Positions 39,321-50,334 of a stretch of 64,000 nt of DNA are shown here, piece after piece (the stretch's first letter is position 1; every line of letters begins with the position of its first letter). Below the pieces are notes generated by a model. That model ran no database searches, was not told where the DNA came from, and worked only from the letters and a program-made list of their open reading frames with translations. Made by a program: the position numbers and the translations under genes. The DNA is from Tubulanus polymorphus (lineage: Eukaryota; Animalia; Nemertea), in contig NC_134033.1 of NCBI RefSeq assembly GCF_964204645.1, positions 11,354,655-11,418,654 on the forward strand, given 5' to 3'.

Positions 39321-42300
39321 CGGTGAAAACGGATGATTATCGCGCCACCTATCGACGGGGTAACTGGAACAGACAGAAGACACATTCCTAATAGTCAACC
39401 AACAACAGTTGTAGTATTCGTTAAAATTTCGATTATAGCTTGAAATAACCGCTACCACCACTGCTGCTGCTGCTGCTCAGATCGATATTCATTCCTACCG
39501 CCATTATATATATATATATACATCCATGACTAATTGAAAATATGAGAAGCTGCCAAAAACGGCTCGGATGCATTTGATTTTTGTCGTATGTTTTTTCGGT
39601 CGAAGTGTGCGCGATGTCTGAGGCAAAGCAATTGCTACCACAGTCTGACAGACAGGCAGACAGCAAAGCAATTGCTACTGCAGTCTGACAGACAGACAGA
39701 CAGATAGACGGACTGCGCCGCTTCGTTACGTAAAAGATATTCACTCTCTATCAATGATACAGTAAACCCTGCGTAAGTCGACTATATGACTCAAATTTAA
39801 TGGAAATCTAGACGAAAAAAAAAGCGTTTTAACAGCGTAAACACAATGTCAGTAAACCCAGCATTTCCTCGTGGAATCCTTGCTTGCCACAGTAATGCTT
39901 GCTATAGGCTTGAGTCTTGATAGAAAACGCCTCCAATACCGAAATATCCGACTTACGCATGCGTTATTGTCTCCTTCTAAAGATATCATTATTCAACTAC
40001 AGGAGTGTTTTAATTATTTCGATTTCCAAACCTCAAATATATATTTAGAGAAGTGGATCTCCCAAAAATGAGAATTTTATCTATAAATATATCGTTAAGA
40101 ATGATATTTTCTTAAATTACTTACTGTCTTATGACTGGTTCGACTTGGCAACTGGGCTCGGTTTCACAAAAAAAGTTAAACTCAAATTTCTGGTGTAATT
40201 ACCATTGATTACTTCACGTTTTCAATGAGGACAACAATTCAAACTTAACCGTTTTAGCCTTAAACTTTTTCGTGAAACCGGGCCCTGGCCCCGGTATTTC
40301 AACAACTAATTTCAGTGATGTGTATCTTCAAAGTGACTTTAACGGACATGCTAGGTTTTCAACTGCTCGTAGTTTTTAGTCCGATTTCCTAATACCGATT
40401 TCCTAATATTTAGAGGGGGTGTGTGTTTAGTTATAAAGTTTCTGAGTGATTAAACGTAATGTTTTCATCTACTAAGTGAAAGCTGTAAAACCCAGATTAT
40501 TATTGTTACAGTAATGACTTGCTTACGTGTATAAAGTACGTTTGTGAATGATGATGATAAAGTAGGTCTGAAAATTTCACACTCCTGTTTTATATTATAT
40601 ATATATATAGATATGTATGTATAACTAACCTACTGTATTATAAGTAACAGGCACAAATAATGCAATTAAATCATCGGTAGATTGATTTACCGTTGATGTT
40701 TACCCAAAGAAACAAAGAAACGCATTGCCGAAGAGCGACGATCTGGCAAAAACTTACGGGAGTAACGAATAACAAAGTTCGTTACGATGCCGCCACCATT
40801 GGTGACTATAGAAACCAGGGCAAATTCACAAAGCTGGTTGAAGTTAACCATCGGATAGTAATTTCATAGTAATTACGTTTTGATTGTCACTATTTTAGTC
40901 ATCTACAACATTTTTGAGCAACTGACTCGAGTTATAACAAATTTGATGTTATTAAGTGTTTTCATCAACTTTGAGTTAGTTTAGGCGTAGATTCCGGCGT
41001 GAGCATTCGAATTACAAAGGAGGCCATTGAAACGGGACTACATCGTTAATGTCTTTAATTCATGTGTTGATAATTGTTCGGTATTTTGTTTCCGGGTTTT
41101 TCGTTAATCGTTAATTGTTTCTATTTTCTATGATTGTTTGCGATGCGGCACAGTCATCTTCCATCGGGCATTAGAGTATACGATTTTCAGTCATATCAAA
41201 TTTGATTGCGGAATAGGTCTATATTCCGGGCGCTGTTTTATAGACCCCGCTGTTTTCTCCGAGTTAAAATACAACTCAGAGTTGAAAATGAACTGATTTG
41301 AGCTGTGATGATTTGATTCTTACTCGCAATTGCTCTAGTTCCGCAGTTGTGAGGTAAGAGTTAACTCTTGAGTTCACCCTAGAAAACGAACAAATTCTAA
41401 CTCTAATTCAACTCAGAACTGTGGATCTAGTTCCACATTGTGTGTTCGAGTGAACAGATTAGTTGATTAGTCAAGCAGCGGTTACAGTTCATACATGGTC
41501 TATAAAACCAGCCCGCACCAATTCTAAAAATGACCTCAGTCATGGTTGAACAAGCGTGACAAGACACAGCTGAGTGTAATCATCGGCCGGCATACTGCGC
41601 TAATTGAATCATTATCTCCAGTCAGCGCAACACGTGTATAATGTAGATACTTATGTAGTCATCATAATTATTGAGCATTTATAAATCATAATCGATACAT
41701 TCTGGTCAGACCTTGATATAACCGATGTAATCTTTCGAAGGATCTTGTAGTTATATCAGAAAGTGACAATGATATAATCAATAAGGTATATAAACATTAA
41801 TAATATTGATATATATATAATATAAGTATCATATTTGAATCAAAAATGTGCTAGCGTCATCGTCCTCAAACCTCAAAGCCTAATGAACTACGCCATAATT
41901 CGTGCAATGATTTATATTTTGAAAAAATGAAGCTTTAACGATGATTAAACTGTTATCCGCGAATATTTATTCGTTCGCGGTGAAGTCTTTATTGCGCTGC
42001 CATAAACATCGAGTTTTCTCATAATTTCTGATAATCGAAAAGAATTGTCTCGCCGATGACCTGATGTGCTATTATTATCAGCTTTATGGCTGCATAAAAA
42101 CCATCTTGAAAAGTAAATCAATATACGGTGAGTCAAAGTCCGTTATAACGCCACTGTTGGTACCAAGAAAATATGGCATGTAATTTTGAATCGAAAATCA
42201 GTGTATTCCGATCTCCGAAAAATATTAGTGTCAATGTGAGTCAATGTGAGTACGGGCGTAAAAAACCGCATTTCAACAGACTTCGACTGTATTGTGGCAT

Positions 42301-43610
42301 TTTGGATGTTGGTTAACAAACGCTCCCTTTAACCGACCGCGTTATTTGACTTCAAAGTTTCACTGTCCTTTCTACTGAAATCTGAAAAATCGTTTATTCA
42401 GTTCGATTAATAATTAAGTTATTTCAATGTGTTTGTATTATATAATTGTTTGCAGTACGATTGCATTTAAGCTTTAGTAGATTAGTTTGATTATAATATA
42501 ACGATTTTATATGATAGATTTAATTAGTTACCGATCCTTCAGAAGGAACGAACGTCATCGTTTCGAACTGCAGGTGTCGTATGAAAAATTCGGATTTATC
42601 GTTGGATTAAGGATCGATTGTTTTATTGAAATGATTTAATTTAGATTTCGTGCGAAAATCGTCAAGTTTTATCTTATTCGAAAAATTGTAATAATCGTCT
42701 CACCTACCGGTATTTAACGGTCGCATTTCGAGTAAATTTCATGTAATCTGATCATCTTATTTATCTTTAGCTTTGTTTGTTTTTCGAATATTTTTTTAAG
42801 TGTAAAATTTGTGTGTAATATTTCCATCGGTAATATGATTTTTAATTGATGAATTCAGTGGCTTTAAATTTCTTATCGTAATCGATTTTGATTTCGATTG
42901 TCTAGTGTTAATCGATAATTTTTTTCGCAATTTTTTCCTCACTCTCCTCCTCAATGTGCGCATTTTCATCGTCGCTCGAATATGAACTCTTTCCCTATGT
43001 AGGTATATATCGATCTGCTGCCTGAACCCATCCCCCCTCGAGGTATTTGATACCTTATAAAGCTTTAAAAAAAATTGAGCATTTTTGACCTGGGTCGAAT
43101 CAGATTTTGCTCAGGTCAGTTGGGTCTGTACCTGGTTAACATGTGCCGTATTTGGCCCGACCAAAAATGTTGACTAATGCTAAATCATTCTGGAAGTGAC
43201 CTACCTCACTTGCCACAGCATCGTTTTCATAGCATTTAGTTTGGGGAGTTAGTGATTTGTATGTGGACCTGCTGTCCATTTAGGTGCAGGTCAAATGTGA
43301 CTCGTGTCAAATAGTCTCCATGTGATTGTGGCTATCATGAGTAATTTGTTTTTGCGCTACGATAGTGAGTGCGTATGAAGGCTCCCGGCAGTAGATCGAT
43401 AGCTACGTTATCTCAAACACGATTTATTGTTTATCTGATCTCAAATGATTGTAAAAACTTAATCGAATTGCGGTTTTAATCTTTATTGTGTTCAAACGGG
43501 GGAAAACAATGACTTAAACTTCTAATACAGTCGATACGTCTATCCGCGCTACGATTTCTAACTAATCCTTGTGATGTAAAACATTTCATATTTATTGCGC
43601 TCTTTATCAA

Positions 43611-43990
43611 CCCTTTCAGTGCTGACCAATTAATACCCTAATAATACCCTAAAGTGCTGGAGATAATTTTAGAATCTGCATGAAAATGAAAAATTCCGCC
43701 CCAGGATCTAGTTCCACAGTTCTGAGTTAGATTCAACTCTAGAGTTAACTCATTGAAATTGAATTGATTTTAACTCTGAGTTGACTCTAACTCACAACTG
43801 TGGAACCGGGTCCTGGGCATTAGATAACTTGCATACCGCAATAGAGCATCTACACCGCAGTGCGGCGTATCATTAGTTACTAATATTGAACTATGTTTGA
43901 CAGGTTGCATTATTCATTTTAGAGATAAAAACGAATTACCAATTACATCAGATTTATACGCCACACTGCGGTATAGATTCAGTGAAAGGG
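43611..43990. mobile_element. piggyBac-like MITE with a nested palindromic MITE (43702-43815)
   Basis: Ends CCCTTTCA / TGAAAGGG, flanked by TCAA and TTAA. Confidence 0.5.
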
Positions 43991-46356
43991 TTAAGATTTA
44001 ATCTGCATTCAAAGCTAGGTGATTCATACAAACGATATATGTTTATGTTTTTGTTGTTTTCAAAGTGATCACTTTTTGTGCCTCTACCGCGTCGTGTTGT
44101 GCGTGATATAGTGTTTCAAACGTACGGAGCTGATCTCCGAAATGAGCGCTCGTTGGTGTAGGGTGAAATGGGAGGCACGGGGTAGATCATTCTTCGATAT
44201 CGAATAATGGTGTCGTCCCAGAGAGAATCCCGAGGGCAGCTTACGTATCATAATCTAGATAATCGCCATGTTCCGTAACCAATCCATGTGTGACTTCTTA
44301 CATTTTTGGTTTTCATGCATTAAATTCAATGTTTCGGCAGGGTGGTGACTAAGATTCTAGAAAACACAGAGAGCCAATTTCTCTCATGGAAATTACAGGG
44401 AATTTGATAAATCTGGAAAACAAAGGAAAATAGTGTTTATTTTGCCCACAAATTATGATTACTGGTCTCCGTGCCTATCACCCGAACTTATCAACTTGAC
44501 AATCTCAGTTTGATATGGTAAATTTTTTGATTACTTTATAATATAAACTGAATATTTGCTGGACTAGTTACTACTTGGGTCCGTCGGAATAACAACTGTC
44601 TGGTGTTTCCTACTGCTGTTCCTCAGAACACTGGGCACAGGTAATTTGAAAGTGGAAGGATTGTGGTCGACCCGTTTGAGGCTTGTCATGAAGAACATGC
44701 ATGCACATACATGTAGCAAACTTGCCACTTATCCCTATGTTCATGTATGGACTCTAAAACGTTCTAAAACTCTTCGTTAAAGAGTCCATGCTTCATGAAT
44801 TGAGAATCAGAGTACATGCGGCATGATAAAGTTTATAGCTTGTTCAAATGCCGGTTACTAATCCTGCAAGTGCATGTAAATATTGTCTGGTTACTGGTTC
44901 TGACGTCAAGCTGCTCTTAGGGTTATCATGACCGTCCTGAGCTCAATGCAAAATAGATTAGAGGTTCCTGTGAATATTGGCCGTCAAATGCGCCAGTCAA
45001 CTCTGACGAGTTTACTACGGTTAGCCAGCCACTCGCACTTGACGGCCTTTATGAAACGGGTGTGACGTCATTATTGGCGTGACTGGTGATCGCGCATGCG
45101 CGCAGTGTAATCTATGTATGTACTGTTTCTGCTTCAATCGAGATGTTTTTCATGATTCAGAGAAGAATTAGAATAAAAATTTTGAAATCAATTATTGGTG
45201 ATAATTATATCAAATAAATAAATACAAGTGTATTAGATATTTGTGTTGTTCAGTGGTTTCTATTAGGCGGATTTGTGCCCGGCGAATGGATTGATCCAGT
45301 CAATATAGAGCGAGTGGAATTCACTTAGTGGGATTGACGACTTACTCATCTGACACGCAAATTGCATGCGTTCCATCGCGAACAATTTTATTACCAGTCC
45401 AGCACTACCTCATTATTATACCTCAGTATTCACTACCTATACAATGTATATTCATGGATTGGCTCCTTTATTATGCATTATTTTACTCTCAGACCTCATA
45501 TTCTACAGATTGATTCAAACTCAAAACAAATCCTTTTTTGCATGTTTCCGGGTTACGAACAAAATGCATGGTCTTCCCTTGACCTATCACGCGTTCTGTG
45601 AATACGAGATCAGACGTATGTCGCCAGCAAGAACCTGAAAACTGTTCCACCACGACGTCATCTTTTAGACAAAACTAGAACAGAACGAATCATGGAATTT
45701 GGGGATTGCAATCTAATGTAGAATGAACTGCACAGCAGTAGCCTATATCTGGTTTAAATGTGTTTATTGAAATGCAGTTTTATCATGTTTTGAAAACTTG
45801 TTTTCATCGAATTTCTCTTCAAGATACGTTGTAGTGTTTTTCGGTGTAAAATCAATCGAACTTGAAATTACTCCCAGTTAATGAGGCTTTATTTGTCGGC
45901 TAGTCGATCCATGCGTAAATTAGATTAGCTCGATTCTGTCAAGTAGTCTCCTGAAGATTGTTGATCTAGGACCGACCTCACGGCGTCTGAAATTACCCGA
46001 CTGTCATATCAATCAAGCAAACGTCTCGTCTGCTAATCTGAGCCAATTATCTAGTGCCAAAGTTTCCCCCGAAGGTGCAGCGCAGTGATCGATTTATCGA
46101 CCCACAGAAAACAAAATGTCGGTGACGTCTGATCAGAGTATTTGTATCGAAAATGGCCTTCGTCCATCGGCAGGGATTCGAACCTATGGCTACACTCAGC
46201 CACGGCACGTACCATGGCAATCTTGCTATCAGGTTTGAATCCCTGCTGGTTGGGGAGGATAAAAATGGCGGGCCCGTGCATTCCGAGGGGAGTTCTATTT
46301 GAAGAAGCAGATTTCTTCCTATTTCAAGAAGAAGGTTTTTTCCTTATGCCGATCTC

Positions 46357-46753
46357 TATGGCATAGATATCCTGTCAAAATTAAACATCAAATTTACCGG
46401 TCAAACTTTCATATTTGACCCGTCAAACTTTCATTTTTTACCCGTCAAAACTAAACATCGAATTTTCTCGTCAACTCAACATAAAATGCTCGTCAAAACA
46501 TCGTATTTGACGCGTCAAATGTGATCTCGCATTACCTAGTTGCTATCGTAGATATACTGTCAAAACTCGTTATCATTTGACGCGTCGAAATCGCTATCGT
46601 AGATATTCTGTCAAAATTAAATGTTCGTTTGACGCGTCAAAATCACTATCGTAGATATACTGTCAAAATTCAAACTTGAAAGTTTGACGGGTAAAATATG
46701 AAAGTTTGACGGGTAAATTTGATGTTTAATTTTGACAGGATATCTATGCCATA
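46357..46753. mobile_element. Young MITE, 397 bp, with ~75-80-bp TIRs and an apparent 6-bp TSD (GATCTC)
   Basis: GATCTC|TATGGCATAGATATCCTGTCAAAATTAAACATCAAATTTACC ... GGTAAATTTGATGTTTAATTTTGACAGGATATCTATGCCATA|GATCTC. Internal repeats of GCTATCGTAGATAT..TGTCAAAA and TTTGACGCGTC. Confidence 0.85.
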
Positions 46754-47228
46754 GATCTCTGGCTGTATGGAACTTCACCCAGTCCTGGAAGTGGTTGTAC
46801 TAGTCACAGTGATCTCCGTCGCTCTACGATCCTAAGTATAATACCATGTTCTTGTGGTGAACATGGAATTCATCTCATCATCCCTGGTAATGAGTTTGAT
46901 CAGAAAAATATTGAGAAAATCAGTGTCGTTACATCGAGAAAAACAGGAATTCGTGGGCACAGATGTTCACCGAAACTCGACACAAAATAAAAGTACATTT
47001 TATCTTGCAAAACGAATATTGACTCCATTTCGTTCAATCTCATTCACAATTTTAATCAGTGTAAAAATTGTTATTATACATTTGATGCAATTATTCGGAA
47101 TGATGATTCTCAGGAAATACCTGACGCTTAGGACGAATATCTTAGTGAAAATAAATCCGTCCTCAAATCAATTAATCCAACAAATACTGGGACATTTTAA
47201 CAAGATATTCAAAATATCACCACATATC

Positions 47229-47616
47229 GTACAACCCACATACCATCCCGGTACAACCCACATACCATCCCGGTACAACCCACATACCATCCCGGTACAA
47301 CCCAAATACCATCCCGGTACAACCCACATACCATCCCGGTACAACCCACATACCATCCCGTCCAACCCACATACCATACCCGTACAACCCACATACCATA
47401 CCCGTACAACCCACATACCATACCCGTACAACCCACATACCATACCCGTACAACCCACATACCATACCCGTTCAACCCACATACCATACCCGTACAACCC
47501 ACATACCATCCCCGTACAACCCACATACCATACCCGTACAACCCACATACCATACCCGTACAACCCACATACCATCCCCGTACAACCCACATACCATCCC
47601 CGTACAACCCACATAC
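47229..47616. repeat. 22/23-bp minisatellite, ~17 copies
   Basis: Unit GTACAACCCACATACCATCCCG (22 bp), then GTACAACCCACATACCATACCC-type units spaced 23 bp apart. Confidence 0.95.
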
Positions 47617-47759
47617 GATCGGTGCAAAATTCTGTTCGTTTCTCTTCCTATTTCAATAAACGATTCAGAAAACACGCCGATTCCATTAAAGGTCGAATAT
47701 TGATCGATGCAAATACAACATTAAACTGATGGCGCACGATTCGTCTCGTTATCCATCTG

Positions 47760-48350
47760 TCTATCGCACCGAATCTGGCAAGCGAGGATGCATTTACTGC
47801 AGATTAGAGCAAACAACATCGTTGAAGCTTTTATTGACAGACGTCACGTGCGCGTCTTGCCCCTTCGAAACTACGTCGTTCAGATTATTGAACGATGACT
47901 CTATCGGTATGCAAGCTAACCGAGGAAACCTTCACTTGCAAACCATCGCACGCGTCTTCTCGTCTGGCTTTTGTCGTATCGCTGATTAAAGCGGCAAAAA
48001 TTGGGGCATCAGCAGTTTGGAACCTCAACAGCTTGGAACATCAGCGGCTTGGAACAACAGCGGCTTGGAGCATCAGCGGCTCGGAGCATCAGCGGCTCGT
48101 GGCATCAGCAGCTCGGAGCATCAGCGGCTCGGAGCATCAGCGGCTCGGTGCATCAGCGGCTTGGACATCAGCGGCTCGGAGCATCAGCGGCTTGGAACAA
48201 CAGCGGCTTGGAGCATCAGCGGCTTGGAGCATCAGCGGCTTGGAACAACAGCGGCTTGGAGCATCAGCGGCTTGGAGCATCAGCGGCTTGGTGCATCAGC
48301 GGCTTGGAGCACCAGCGGTCCGGAACACTTGCGCATCACCGAGTTCACCG
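47760..48350 (-). pseudogene. Probable decayed fragment of a DUF229 paralogue (C-terminal region), interrupted by the 16-bp minisatellite
   Basis: 48309-48350 aligns to DUF229 50753-50795 (26 of the first 31 nt). Minus-strand translation ELGDAQVFRTA...AALISDTTKARREDACDGLQV versus DUF229 QPRDPQVLRAA...VSVINSMTSSFRGQCEELRV. Stops and frameshifts are present. Confidence 0.45.
48003..48325. repeat. 16-bp minisatellite, ~20 copies
   Basis: Unit GCATCAGCGGCT(C/T)GGA. It explains the ORFs at 47895-48404. Confidence 0.95.
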
Positions 48351-48817
48351 ATAAACCGGGTTGACGAACCGACAACAACCACGAGGAAAGCGTGGCGACT
48401 ATAGCTTTATATCCAAGATGAGTCAAATATGATATAAGCCCATATGATGCAAACATGAAAACGCAATTGCTCCTTATTACATATATTTACTATTTTGCAA
48501 ATAATTCCTAAAATCGTGGAAGACATAAAGCGTTGAGTAAAACAACAGGCGAACTTCCACCCTAATTCCATAATCTTTTAGAAGAACAATTTGTACTAGA
48601 AGTTTATATCGGTTTTTCATTATGAGTAAACAATATACAAACGTTTATCAGAATAGAAGATATTCTAAATCCAGTAAATGCACGTGAATTTGTTTGGATG
48701 AATTAGTCAAGTTAGTTGGGGGTGTACGTAGCCTACATATACAAATGTATAGGCCTATATCCACAATTTAAAATGTGTAATTCTCTTGTTCCCTGATAGA
48801 AGCTCAACTAAAGCTAA

Positions 48818-49218
48818 GGCGCACACACGAGTTTATATTTTGCCCGATAGCGACGACATGAAAATCGCCGAAAGAAATTCGCCCATCACGGCTACGTCGG
48901 TCGTCGACGATTTTTACGGCCGCTGATTATCCACGATGGCGTATTCTGTCGGGCGATCGATCTTTATAAACCGATAGGATACATAATGGAAACCTCCAAC
49001 GCTCTTGTGGCAAGCAAGGATCCACCAGGTTCATTTCTAGTCACTCGGTGTCCTGGGTTCAATTTCTTCTGCGTTTCAATTAAAACCGAATGAACTTTTC
49101 TGTTAGAATAAGCGGTATACGATTTTGATAACCACGTGCCCGCCCGTTCGCGGGTCTATCAATTCGCAGGCGAATTCGATCGTCGCGATCGGGCGAAAAA
49201 ATTACGCTCGTGTGCCCC
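48818..49218. mobile_element. PIF/Harbinger-like MITE with TAA TSD
   Basis: TAA|GGCGCACACACGAG...TTTTGCCCGATAGCGACGA versus TCGTCGCGATCGGGCGAAAA...CTCGTGTGCCCC|TAA. Confidence 0.65.
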
Positions 49219-50334
49219 TAACTAAAGCGTGGGATTTCAGAGACACTTTTGACATGGAAAGCAACTGAAACGAATTTTATAAATACACGTTCATTGTCAT
49301 TCAATAAAAAGAGAAAGCATGATTGAAGCAAGAGAACATTTCCAAATTTCCCACCTGACTAGTTACTCTTTAGGAGAGCCAGAAACGTCGTTTAAATCAT
49401 TTATATGGGTTTCACAAATACATAGATAGATGTATAGTTTTGATAATATACATTTCCTAATTTGTTTAAGGGTATACATTGATTACGATTTGACATGATG
49501 CGATGATTTTGTTGTATGAAGAGCTACGTATATTGAAGCAATCTCGTCAGGTAAAAGCCTCGGGAAAATCTGAACAACCCTCAGGAACTGCTACATGATG
49601 AAATTTACATTTGATTGAGCATTTCAATGAACGATTTAAGTAATTAAAAATGATCAAGGCATTATTATCACTATCCTCTGGTGCACAATGACGTCACACC
49701 ACACGTCATATTGACCGCGAAGCGACGGCTATTTGAAGTTTAAGTAACGGTTGGCGGCCAATTGACGGCCAATACATGCCACAAACCTTTATCGCGTGTC
49801 ATTTGATTCGTAATGACGGGAAAGATAAAAAGATGAAAGGCAGATTGACATTCAAACCGCCCGGTATGAGATCAGAATCAGGCTGACGTATCTCTGTATC
49901 GCACGCTTAAAATCAGAACATATTTCACTCCCTGGTTATGTATACACATACGTATTATATCGACATGCAATAATACAATACATACAATACTGATATTGCA
50001 GAGAATTGTCCTGGCCTCGGAAGAAACTGGATTTCTTTCTGCTACCAAAAAATATTTCGGGTTATTTTTTTCAGAAGCCTACGGATGATTTTATAGTTTC
50101 TTTCACTAATTTCATTTTATCGTTTTTTTCTCCGAGTCGACAATTTTTCTTAATTTCATGAATTTTTTACTTTACAGTTCATGATTGGGAGGAAAACGAT
50201 AATTGGAAAATTCGATTTATTTAACATTTCCATGTATCTGTCCGGCCGTCAAAATAAAATTAAATGGATGTAGCCTGTACATTGGATGTATCCGTATGAA
50301 TAACGAACAAATCTATAACAAATTGAACTATTCC

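Noticed and set aside
44901-45102. Orphan promoter-like cluster (two TGACGTCA, ATTGG, CGCGCATGCGCG)
   Set aside because: No downstream gene is visible. It lies beside a small inverted repeat (GGCCGTCAA/TTGACGGCC), and such motifs are common inside MITEs.
46854-48404. 291-aa and other Pro/His/Tyr- or Ser/Ala-rich ORFs
   Set aside because: They are products of the 22/23-bp and 16-bp minisatellites, open in several frames at once.
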